A DNA stretch of 20,000 bases, from the IMG/VR virus record IMGVR_UViG_3300028173_000001. One strand, given 5' to 3'. The notes under the pieces were generated by a model. The model was not told the DNA's origin, made no database searches, and saw only the letters and a list, made by a program, of their open reading frames with translations. Source of the DNA: an uncultured virus (IMG/VR IMGVR_UViG_3300028173_000001). Taxonomy: Duplodnaviria; Heunggongvirae; Uroviricota; Caudoviricetes. Position 1 is the stretch's first letter; each line of letters starts with the position of its first letter. This document shows positions 1-7,421 of this stretch, in pieces. The position numbers were made by a program, and so were the translations under genes.

Positions 1-68
1 AAGAATTCAGATACGCCCTGCAGCAAGTTCGGGATGATGGATACGAGCAATCACACGATGCATACTAG
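1..68 (+). CDS. 3' end of an upstream CDS (partial, ...EFRYALQQVRDDGYEQSHDAY*)
   Basis: Frame starting at nt 3 is open to TAG at 66-68 and is co-oriented with downstream genes; too short to assign function. Confidence 0.45.
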   Translation, partial: EFRYALQQVRDDGYEQSHDAY

Positions 69-142
69 GCAGCTTCTTTACATTACGCTTAGGTAACCTA
101 CCAATGGCGTGTTTAGGGCGTACAGGAAAGGACACAGGTATC

Positions 143-457
143 ATGAAAATAACAGAAAACCAATTACGGAAAGCAATCCGTAAAGAAAAATCAAAAATGA
201 GCGAAGGACGCGTCGGCAAACGAGCGCTAGCCATGCACACCCCCATTGAAACACGATCTGCACTTGAATATCAGGTTGAGAATTTTCTTGAAATTGTAAT
301 GGCCGATGCGGCTGATGAGTTGGGTGATGATGAGGGTGGCGAATTCGCTGAACTTGCCTTGCTAGAAGTAGTCGCGGGGCCAGCAGATACGCTAGGTTAT
401 CTTACCCTTGCCAGGGAGCTAAGGGCAATTGAAACAAAACGGTACTCGCATTACTAA
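143..457 (+). CDS. Small acidic protein with MKITENQLRKAIRKE leader; putative head-internal/virion protein
   Basis: ATG at 143, in frame with track ORF 104..457, preceded by purine-rich AGGA/AGG; N-terminus matches ORFs at 13709 and 13970; stop overlaps the next start (TAATG). Confidence 0.75.
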   Translation: MKITENQLRKAIRKEKSKMSEGRVGKRALAMHTPIETRSALEYQVENFLEIVMADAADELGDDEGGEFAELALLEVVAGPADTLGYLTLARELRAIETKRYSHY

Positions 458-1428
458 TGGCATATCGTTATCCAAAACTTGTTGATGTCCTTTTTGAGGA
501 TGTGACTGACGATATTGCCAAGGCTGCCAAGGGTGGACCCGGTGCAGTACGATCGTTCGTAGACAACCATCCTGACCCGGATGAGTTGAAGGCTGCCCTT
601 CATGGCACTCACGACAATGTCAAAGCGGACGACACGACGAAAGTGTCAAAACCAGCAATGAGACAAATTCGGGATTTCAAACCTACACAGAAAGAAATTG
701 ACATGATGAAGTCGGCGGCGTTTCCATTGGGAAGTGCAAAGGCTCTTGCAAAAGCAATCTCCTCAAACACAACAGACGCTCCCGGCTCAATTACCGTATC
801 AGGCGATGATGTGATCGATGGGCACCATAGATGGTCAGGTGTATGGGCAATCAGTGGACCGGATGGTGTAATCAGCGCCGAAGATTTAGAGCTTCCTGGA
901 GACACAACCCAGAAACTCGCCGCAGCTCAACTTGCCATCGCAGCACACAAAGATCCAAACCAGGATATGCCAACAGCATCAGGAAAGATCGCAAACAACA
1001 TTCTGGGCAAGTCATCGAGCGAAATTGAAAAGATGATGGCAGCAAATGTGGGACGCCAGGTAGACCGTCGAGCCCCCGGCCCAATGCTAAACGATGAAAT
1101 GGTTTCGAACTCATCAAAAGATAAGACCATTGCAAAATGGGCAGGCTTCAAACCAGGTGCTGATCCTAAAGAAGTGATCGTGAAAATCATCAAGAAGATT
1201 TCGGCAAACCTGGCAACTGTGCCAAGCAACACGAAAGCGCCCGCCCGAGAGGATATGCCCCAACTTGACGACAAATCAATTGGCGGTAAAGCTGGAAAGG
1301 CAGCGATTTATGACAAGCTGCAGAACGCTGAAATCAATATCAAAAGCCCATTAAGCCCACAGAAAGAATCTGCTGAGCGTGATGGGAATCTATTGACAGA
1401 GCGTTGGTGCCAATTGGCTAAATGCTAA
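457..1428 (+). CDS. ParB/Sulfiredoxin-like N-terminal-domain protein, putative virion protein
   Basis: 323-aa ORF coupled to the previous gene. PTQKEID...ITVSGDDVIDGHHRW matches the ParB/Srx 'DGHHR' signature. Leader KLVDVLFED; C-terminal LLTERWCQLA. Confidence 0.7.
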   Translation: MAYRYPKLVDVLFEDVTDDIAKAAKGGPGAVRSFVDNHPDPDELKAALHGTHDNVKADDTTKVSKPAMRQIRDFKPTQKEIDMMKSAAFPLGSAKALAKAISSNTTDAPGSITVSGDDVIDGHHRWSGVWAISGPDGVISAEDLELPGDTTQKLAAAQLAIAAHKDPNQDMPTASGKIANNILGKSSSEIEKMMAANVGRQVDRRAPGPMLNDEMVSNSSKDKTIAKWAGFKPGADPKEVIVKIIKKISANLATVPSNTKAPAREDMPQLDDKSIGGKAGKAAIYDKLQNAEINIKSPLSPQKESAERDGNLLTERWCQLAKC

Positions 1429-1807
1429 AGTCTCTGTAGACAGGGACTTTCTTGAATCGATAACATTTACTTGGATCCACGATCGGGGCACCACGCGGGC
1501 TGAACGTTGCGCTAGGAACCCTGTTTTTATACACAACGTAAAAATCATCATCGTTCTGTCTTTCAACAAGCTCTTCAAGCGATAGCATTTCGTCTTTGTG
1601 CGATGAAACGCTTACGGCAACACTTTGCACGGAATCACCAGCAACATAAAAAACAAGACAGGACGGCAACTCAGATTGCATGATATGTGTCCCCAGCATC
1701 GGTGTTTTGCCCAGGAAGTCATTCATATCAGTGTACAGTTCACCCATTTCTTCGTAATCAGGAAGATCCGCCGGCGTGATTATCTTATGTTTTGTTTTGT
1801 GTTTCAT
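1418..1807 (-). CDS. Hypothetical protein (~129 aa, MKHKTKHKIITPADLPDY...)
   Basis: In track ORF 1418..1951; better start is the ATG at 1807 with GAGG Shine-Dalgarno upstream, leaving an AT-rich divergent intergenic gap 1808-1861. Confidence 0.65.
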   Translation of the reverse strand: MKHKTKHKIITPADLPDYEEMGELYTDMNDFLGKTPMLGTHIMQSELPSCLVFYVAGDSVQSVAVSVSSHKDEMLSLEELVERQNDDDFYVVYKNRVPSATFSPRGAPIVDPSKCYRFKKVPVYRDFSI

Positions 1808-1861
1808 AATTTTATTTCCTCTTGAATCATAGTATAATATTTTCATACAGAGGTAAAATAA
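1808..1861. promoter_or_regulatory. Divergent overlapping sigma70-like promoters
   Basis: + strand TATAAT at 1833-1838 ahead of GAGG-ATG 1862. - strand TTTACC-N17-TACTAT ahead of GAGG-ATG 1807. Very AT-rich. Confidence 0.5.
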
Positions 1862-2368
1862 ATGATAAAACCATATCCGACACCAGACCCAGCAGTTATG
1901 CGCAAAATTCTTGATGGAAGCCGACCGCCTGACTACGTGACATATTGGCATCGAATGCCGGGAAGGTATGTCTTAAAAGAGACAGGTGAGGATTGCGCCG
2001 ACGAGGAGGCACGCCCATTGTTTTATGGAACTGTGACAGAGTGGTATTCGATTTTGGCCGAGGCTGTCCACGACGCATGGCGGAAAATAACAGACAACGG
2101 TATAACAGGGATGACATCGGGAATCATTGTTTCACGTGATATTCAAAATGTCCTTGAGGCAACGCATTGGTTTCGCGGAATATACCATCATTGCAGTTGC
2201 TGCACGGCGAAAACAGAATGGCCAGTGATCGGGACTTTAGACGGGATTCCTGTTTATGCCAGCGATGAAGTGGGAAACAAGGTTGTTGTGTTTATGACGG
2301 GTTGCGATAAATGCGATCTTGAAGCCACTGCGGAGATTAGAATTAAAGGAATGGACAGGATCATCTAA
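1862..2368 (+). CDS. Stand-alone protein resembling an internal (A-domain-region) segment of a gp23/HK97-fold major capsid protein
   Basis: GAGG SD. YWHRMPGRYVLKETG...PLFYGTVTEWYSILAEAVHD...IIVSRDIQNVLE...F...VIGTLDGIPVY resembles the gp23-like MCP segment as I recall it (F.GTV.EWYETL.E.I.D...F.V.SP.VA.ILE...VG.L...VY). Not database-verified. Confidence 0.6.
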   Translation: MIKPYPTPDPAVMRKILDGSRPPDYVTYWHRMPGRYVLKETGEDCADEEARPLFYGTVTEWYSILAEAVHDAWRKITDNGITGMTSGIIVSRDIQNVLEATHWFRGIYHHCSCCTAKTEWPVIGTLDGIPVYASDEVGNKVVVFMTGCDKCDLEATAEIRIKGMDRII

Positions 2369-3084
2369 GAATCTTCAGCGATTGAATCTCGAAGTATGTC
2401 CCGTAATGTTTTCCATGCCGGCAACTCTGTTGGTATAATGAATCGGTGATCCGTTTTGATCGCCTGATTGACAATCGAAAAGCGATGCCTCCTGTCACGC
2501 AACGATAACATCTGGACGCCTAGCAGGCTATGCTCCGGATCTTGGTGTGCAGCCTTTGCAGAACCCAACATGCGCCGTAACTCTACCTCAAATTTTACGG
2601 CAGGATCTTTGTTCTGTCTTCTTCTGAAATCATCAGCTTCCCTTCTTTCCCATGCTGAACCATCACCATACCAAGCATCCATGTCAAGTTTATCGTCTGA
2701 CATTGATTTACCCAAAAATTTGAGTTCCCCGGTGTGTTTGATTTTTTCCCAGATGTCATTTTTGATAAGAACCTCAGTTCCCCAGTCGAAACGATGTAAG
2801 CCACCGCTCTTAGCGATAGCCCACTCAGGAACGCGATAAGCATAAACGTGACCAACAATGTGATGGTTGGCTCGAATACCTCGCGGATTGGTCGACATAA
2901 AGATTCCGCCGTCTTCCCGACCTGCTAACCAGTCTCTGCTCCATCCCTCACCTCGACGCTCAGGCCTAACCTGGACAGGTCGTTTATCAATGCGATAGAG
3001 CACACGACTTCCTTTTCTTTCATCCCGGATCTCTTTGAGGACTGACCGGACGAATGTTTCAAATTGTTGATCGCTACGTGACAT
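2365..3084 (-). CDS. Putative ADP-ribosyltransferase-fold protein (R-S-E type) with capsid-targeting-like leader
   Basis: Start MSRSDQQ at 3084, in frame with track ORF 2365..3114. Ordered motifs VLYR, GIFMSTNP, VYAYRV, GTEVLI; leader FETFVRSVLKEIRDE. Confidence 0.55.
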   Translation of the reverse strand: MSRSDQQFETFVRSVLKEIRDERKGSRVLYRIDKRPVQVRPERRGEGWSRDWLAGREDGGIFMSTNPRGIRANHHIVGHVYAYRVPEWAIAKSGGLHRFDWGTEVLIKNDIWEKIKHTGELKFLGKSMSDDKLDMDAWYGDGSAWERREADDFRRRQNKDPAVKFEVELRRMLGSAKAAHQDPEHSLLGVQMLSLRDRRHRFSIVNQAIKTDHRFIIPTELPAWKTLRDILRDSIAEDS

Positions 3085-3089
3085 GCATA

Positions 3090-3096
3090 TAAATAT
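3090..3096 (-). promoter_or_regulatory. Candidate late promoter motif ATATTTA, 5 nt before ATG 3084
   Basis: Reverse strand reads ATATTTA-TATGC-ATG. Confidence 0.5.
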
Positions 3097-3115
3097 ACGT
3101 TTCGCTCTCAGCAAG

Positions 3116-3122
3116 ATATTTA
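3116..3122 (+). promoter_or_regulatory. Candidate late promoter motif ATATTTA
   Basis: Recurrent intergenic ATAnTTA motif; back-to-back with a - strand copy at 3090-3096. Confidence 0.5.
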
Positions 3123-3150
3123 TTTTTGAACTTCAATGGAGAAGAAACAC

Positions 3151-3543
3151 ATGGCTAAAGATACAAAACCAAAATCAACAACAACGACAAAGACAACGCC
3201 CAAAGCAGTTGCTCCGAAGCCAGCAGCTCCGAAGCCTGTCGTAGTAAAAGCGGAAACACCAAAACCTGTTGTTGTCGCTCCTAAAGTTGTGACTCCCAAG
3301 GTCGTAACCCCAGCAGCACCAGATCCGAAAGTCCGCAACAAGAAAATTCATGAGGTCTGCGAAGATATTATGGCAAACGAGTTTTTCGTTCTTTCACATG
3401 CGGAAGCACACCCAATCGCTATAAAAATGGTCGATGAGAATGCTGAGCACCTCCGAACTGTCGTGAAATACTTTTCATACCACGAACGAGAAAAACTATG
3501 CAATGAGCTAGCACAAAAGCATAATCTCACTCGCTCAAAATAG
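3151..3543 (+). CDS. Protein with Lys/Pro/Ala/Val/Thr low-complexity N-terminus (histone H1-like composition) and small helical C-terminal domain
   Basis: PKAVAPKPAAPKPVVVKAETPKPVVVAPKVVTPKVVTP repeats; ATG 3151 follows GGAG (alternative start 3136). Confidence 0.7.
   Translation: MAKDTKPKSTTTTKTTPKAVAPKPAAPKPVVVKAETPKPVVVAPKVVTPKVVTPAAPDPKVRNKKIHEVCEDIMANEFFVLSHAEAHPIAIKMVDENAEHLRTVVKYFSYHEREKLCNELAQKHNLTRSK
3199..3330 (+). repeat. Degenerate coding tandem repeat (PK[P/V]xx units; GCTCCGAAGCC twice)
   Basis: Visible at DNA and protein level. Confidence 0.7.
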
Positions 3544-3587
3544 ATACCACCACCGGATACGGTTTTGACTATTTTACGAATTCCTCA

Positions 3588-3594
3588 ATACTTA
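3588..3594 (+). promoter_or_regulatory. Candidate late promoter motif ATACTTA
   Basis: 6 nt before ATG 3601. Confidence 0.55.
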
Positions 3595-3600
3595 TAGTTA

Positions 3601-3846
3601 ATGCTGAAAGAAAACACAAGAGTCAATTCAATGCAAGAAAAAATAGTCAAACCCAGGTGTGAGTTCAAAGCAGCACGACAGTTCACTCACCTTCGCAAAA
3701 TGATTGATACGATCACGGAACTTGAAAATCAATATCTGCAAAAAGCGAAGCTATACGATAGGATCATGGACGTTTTAGTGCTTGCTGAAACAGCAACAGA
3801 GAAAATAGACAGAATAGAACAGATCACAACACAACAGGTTGTGTAA
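3601..3846 (+). CDS. Small coiled-coil hypothetical protein
   Basis: 81-aa helical ORF; ATG 6 nt after ATACTTA motif; stop directly precedes the next gene. Confidence 0.6.
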   Translation: MLKENTRVNSMQEKIVKPRCEFKAARQFTHLRKMIDTITELENQYLQKAKLYDRIMDVLVLAETATEKIDRIEQITTQQVV

Positions 3847-3847
3847 C

Positions 3848-4177
3848 ATGGCCGAAGAAAAAGACCAAAGTAACTGGAACGAATATTCTAAGCTTGTGCT
3901 AAAGGAATTAGAAACTTTAGCGACTGGAATCGACGGGCTGTCTGAGGAAATGAAAGCGCTAAAACTGAGTTTTGCGACACTGTCGGCCAGAGAATCGAAA
4001 ATCGATGAACTCAAGGCATGGAAAGACAAGATCGACGAAGTCGCGTCGCCAGCTCAACTCAAGACACTCGTCGAAAAAGTAAATAAGCACGAAATATTCA
4101 TGGTCAGAGCAGTTACTGCCTTCGCAGTCATACAAGTTATAATGGCAGGAGCCATGGCAGTAATGAAGCTTTTTTAG
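3848..4177 (+). CDS. Coiled-coil protein with C-terminal transmembrane helix (XhlA/holin-like architecture)
   Basis: ATG at 3848; heptad-rich NWNEYSKLVLKELETLATGIDGLSEEMKALK; hydrophobic C-terminus AVTAFAVIQVIMAGAMAVMKLF. Confidence 0.65.
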   Translation: MAEEKDQSNWNEYSKLVLKELETLATGIDGLSEEMKALKLSFATLSARESKIDELKAWKDKIDEVASPAQLKTLVEKVNKHEIFMVRAVTAFAVIQVIMAGAMAVMKLF

Positions 4178-4197
4178 CTCGCCGTCTCCCCTCACTG

Positions 4198-4204
4198 ATA
4201 TTTA
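4198..4204 (+). promoter_or_regulatory. Candidate late promoter motif ATATTTA, in the loop of the CCTCAC/GTGAGG hairpin
   Basis: Upstream of neck gene. Confidence 0.55.
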
Positions 4205-4220
4205 TAGGTGAGGTCGAATT

Positions 4221-5390
4221 ATGGCGAGTTTTCTAAATACACTAAACCCAACACCGTATGGCATTTTTGATTCTGACTTAGCATTTCAAAGTGAAGCAGA
4301 CAGTCTCGTTCTGTTTGTCAAGCGAAAGCTCGGCGATGATGTTCTTAGCGTCGAGTTAACGAAAAAGATGATTTGGATGTGCCTTGAAGAGTCGCTCTTC
4401 GAATACGGAAAAATTGTAAATGAGTACCAAGCCAAGAGCCAACTGGCAAACTTCTTGGGCGTCGCTACAGGATCGCTAGAAGGCCAAGAGCAGAAATATT
4501 CACGCGAGACTCTAGAGTTCTTTCTCAGGAAAGCAGAGCCGTATGCGATGCAGGCGGGTTTGGGTGGCTCATACAATGCAGCCTCAGGCTCAATCACATT
4601 AGTGAAAGGCCAACAAGACTACAACATCTATGAAACGCTAAACGATGCCGCCGGCGACCCACTCGTCGATTCTAGCCTCAATAAAACTGGAGGCAAAATG
4701 AAAATCATGGAAGTGTTTCATTTCAATCCTCACGCTGCATATCGTTTTTTCAACCAGTCATCTGCAACGAATTATCTTGCAAACGAGTTCTCGTTCGAGT
4801 CTTTCACACCAGAAACAGTTTTTTACGTGCTACCTGTATTTGAGGACATCTTGCGTGGCGGAATGCTTGATTTGTCGAACAGGGTTAGGCGGTCAAACTA
4901 CACGTACAAAATTGTTGGCCAAAACATTCGAATATTTCCAGTGCCATCGTCATACGATCCACAGAAGTTGTGGATGAGGGTAATGTTTGAGCCTGATCCG
5001 ACGGATCCAGACATTAATGATCCGTCAATTTACGGCGTTTCAAACCTGTCAAACATTCCGTTTGGAAACATTCAATTCTCGAAAATCAACTCCATCGGCC
5101 GTCAGTGGGTCAGACAATATGCCATGGCACTTGCGATGGAGCTACTCGGTTGGATTCGAACAAAGTTCGCATCTGTCCCAATTCCAGGCGGCGATCTTAG
5201 TCTCAATGGGCAGGAATTGCTGACGCATGGCCGAGAAGACAAAGAGAAATTGGTGACATCATTGCGAGAAATGCTAGAGTCAACTACATACGAGAAACTT
5301 GTCGAAGTAGAAGCTGCTGCGGTCGAGAGTCTACAAAAAATATTACGAAGCATCCCAACTCCAAATGGGCGCGCGATTTTCATAGGATAA
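4221..5390 (+). CDS. gp13: Neck/head-completion adaptor protein, T4 gp13-like
   Basis: 389 aa; C-terminal WVRQYAMALAMELLGWIRTKFASVPIPGGDLSLNGQELL matches the gp13-family 'W..Y..AL....G....KF....PGG...LNG' motif; N-terminal RKLG...VEL; SD GGTGAGG; position upstream of tail genes. Confidence 0.85.
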   Translation: MASFLNTLNPTPYGIFDSDLAFQSEADSLVLFVKRKLGDDVLSVELTKKMIWMCLEESLFEYGKIVNEYQAKSQLANFLGVATGSLEGQEQKYSRETLEFFLRKAEPYAMQAGLGGSYNAASGSITLVKGQQDYNIYETLNDAAGDPLVDSSLNKTGGKMKIMEVFHFNPHAAYRFFNQSSATNYLANEFSFESFTPETVFYVLPVFEDILRGGMLDLSNRVRRSNYTYKIVGQNIRIFPVPSSYDPQKLWMRVMFEPDPTDPDINDPSIYGVSNLSNIPFGNIQFSKINSIGRQWVRQYAMALAMELLGWIRTKFASVPIPGGDLSLNGQELLTHGREDKEKLVTSLREMLESTTYEKLVEVEAAAVESLQKILRSIPTPNGRAIFIG

Positions 5391-5394
5391 CATC

Positions 5395-6060
5395 ATGGCA
5401 AGGTTATTTTTATCGCCGCGAGAAATAGATTACATCAACGATGTGAACAAAGAGCTTATCAAGGATGTTGTAGGGCAGAAGATTTATTATTATCCTGTCA
5501 GACCTGACATCATGAAAATCCATGATGTGTATGAAGAATCTCCAAGCAAAGTATTCGATCCGCCAATTGAGATCGAGGCGCGAGTCGACTACAAACCTGA
5601 TGAGAACAGAATCAACCGCTACGGAATCGAAGAGTTTTATACGATTGAGGTATATCTGCATTACAGGGACTTACTAGATCGTGGGATTGAAACGAAAATT
5701 GGCGATTACTTTTCATACGATGTGACGTTCTTTGAGGTAATACAGCACCAGTACGATAACTCAATTTATGGGCAAATTGAACATGTCATGGGCGTGAAAT
5801 TGATGGGTCGTCAGGCAAGAAAAGGCCAGATGTCACAGACACCGCACGGCCCAACGTTCGAAGAGTACACCGATCCGGATGCAGTGCAGGATACATTTGT
5901 CCAGCAACGAGGTTTCGAGGAGAACAGACTCGGGGCGACAGATGATATTCGATCGCTGCAACAAAAAGGTGTTCTAACAGCGCCAATTTCAGGACCAGCC
6001 GAGGTTTCATCGAAGGGCGATGAAACAGACGCAGGATCTTCATTTTACGACGAAAGTTAA
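5395..6060 (+). CDS. Neck/head-closure protein, T4 gp14-like
   Basis: 221 aa between gp13-like and gp15-like genes; ELIKDVVGQKIYYY, VYEES..KVF, KIGDYF..DVTFFEV typical of head-closure proteins. Confidence 0.7.
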   Translation: MARLFLSPREIDYINDVNKELIKDVVGQKIYYYPVRPDIMKIHDVYEESPSKVFDPPIEIEARVDYKPDENRINRYGIEEFYTIEVYLHYRDLLDRGIETKIGDYFSYDVTFFEVIQHQYDNSIYGQIEHVMGVKLMGRQARKGQMSQTPHGPTFEEYTDPDAVQDTFVQQRGFEENRLGATDDIRSLQQKGVLTAPISGPAEVSSKGDETDAGSSFYDES

Positions 6061-6062
6061 CT

Positions 6063-7340
6063 ATGTCAACACGCGAACAACTCGAAGCCAACAGAGGTGG
6101 TAATCCACCTGCAGCCGGCGACAATACGTCAGGCATCAACCTAGAGCTCCCAAGCAGCACGATTGAGGACATCGATCGTGCGTTGTTCAATTTGTTCGAT
6201 AAAGATCTTCCACTAACATATTCATATAAAAAAGAACCGAAAAAAATACCGATTGTGTTTGCATCTGGCGAGAGGTTTGCATTAATAGCCAGAAAGAAGC
6301 CCCTCCGCGACAAAGCTGGCGCCCTGATATTGCCCATCATTTCAATAATGCGTACAAACGTAACGCAAGATAATGAAATGGGTATGGCATCAAATACCAC
6401 AGTTCCGCATATCATTAAGAAACGCCTATCGAAAAAAGATCCCAGGTATCAGCGTTTACTAAACAAGACAGGTCTCAAGAACTCTGATGATTTGGCAACC
6501 GGCGAAGCATTCATGAACGATGGAACAGAAGCTCCACTAAAAGGCGCGAGCCCGGGTCGTGTTGCTTCTCGCCGGGGCGAATACGAGCTATCAGACAACG
6601 TAAGATCTGGAAACCTGCTCACCCCGAAACTAGACAACAATATTTTTGAAGTGATTGAGATGCCACCTCCTACTTTTATCACTGCAACATATGATATTAC
6701 AATTTGGGCGCAATATGTGATACAGATGAATGACATTGTAATGGCAATCATGACAAATGCACAAAATTATGCGCAAAGGACGTTCAGAATTGAATCAGCA
6801 AAGGGATATTCATACGTCGCCTACATGGATTCATCATTCGATCCAGCAAACAATTTTGATGATTTCACAGATGACGAACGGATTGTTCGCACGTCGTTCA
6901 CAATGAAAGTGCCAGGTTTTTTGCTAGGGGAAACATACCCCGGCGCCCCGAATCGTCTTCGGTCGATTCTGTCGCAGCCTCAAATATCATTTGAAATGGA
7001 CATGACATCCGTACAGATCGTTGATGATGTTGTTGTTGGTTCACCAAGTGGTGATCCCGGTGACTATGTGCTGGATGACTCGCGGCAATTGTTTGCGCCA
7101 TTGCCAGGTGGGGCTGTTGCCGGCCAAGAGTCGGTGACGTACAATAATTCGAAAAACCTGAATGCAAAGTCACATGACAGAGATGAATCTGCGATGATCG
7201 GCGGTGCCGTGAACGATGTGAACGTGCGTACTGTTGAGTCATTTGTTGATCCGTTCACCGGGAAAACAACCCGCCGGTACAATGTTGTCAAAACGAGGAC
7301 AAATAGAAGTGGCGAAACTATTTATCGCGAGATTTTTTAG
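6063..7340 (+). CDS. Tail terminator/sheath stabiliser, T4 gp15-like
   Basis: 425 aa; KIPIVFASGERF, LILPIISI.RT, P..ITATYDITIWAQY..QMNDIV, RIVRTSFTMKVPGFL; immediately upstream of sheath genes. Confidence 0.75.
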   Translation: MSTREQLEANRGGNPPAAGDNTSGINLELPSSTIEDIDRALFNLFDKDLPLTYSYKKEPKKIPIVFASGERFALIARKKPLRDKAGALILPIISIMRTNVTQDNEMGMASNTTVPHIIKKRLSKKDPRYQRLLNKTGLKNSDDLATGEAFMNDGTEAPLKGASPGRVASRRGEYELSDNVRSGNLLTPKLDNNIFEVIEMPPPTFITATYDITIWAQYVIQMNDIVMAIMTNAQNYAQRTFRIESAKGYSYVAYMDSSFDPANNFDDFTDDERIVRTSFTMKVPGFLLGETYPGAPNRLRSILSQPQISFEMDMTSVQIVDDVVVGSPSGDPGDYVLDDSRQLFAPLPGGAVAGQESVTYNNSKNLNAKSHDRDESAMIGGAVNDVNVRTVESFVDPFTGKTTRRYNVVKTRTNRSGETIYREIF

Positions 7341-7374
7341 TTGCATGAAATATTTGATTTTTGCATTCTCGAGG

Positions 7375-7381
7375 ATACTTA
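7375..7381 (+). promoter_or_regulatory. Candidate late promoter motif ATACTTA
   Basis: Upstream of sheath 1. Confidence 0.55.
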
Positions 7382-7421
7382 CAATGGACGCTTCTTGAAC
7401 ATTTGAAGCTAAGGAGAAAAC

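Noticed and set aside
3088..3095. Exact T4 late promoter TATAAATA on the + strand
   Set aside because: I noticed it only once, and it overlaps the reverse complement of the ATATTTA motif serving the - strand gene. Other structural genes lack it.
3552..3566. ACCG-GATA-CGGT-TTT mini hairpin as a terminator
   Set aside because: A 4-bp stem and short U-tract are too weak to call.
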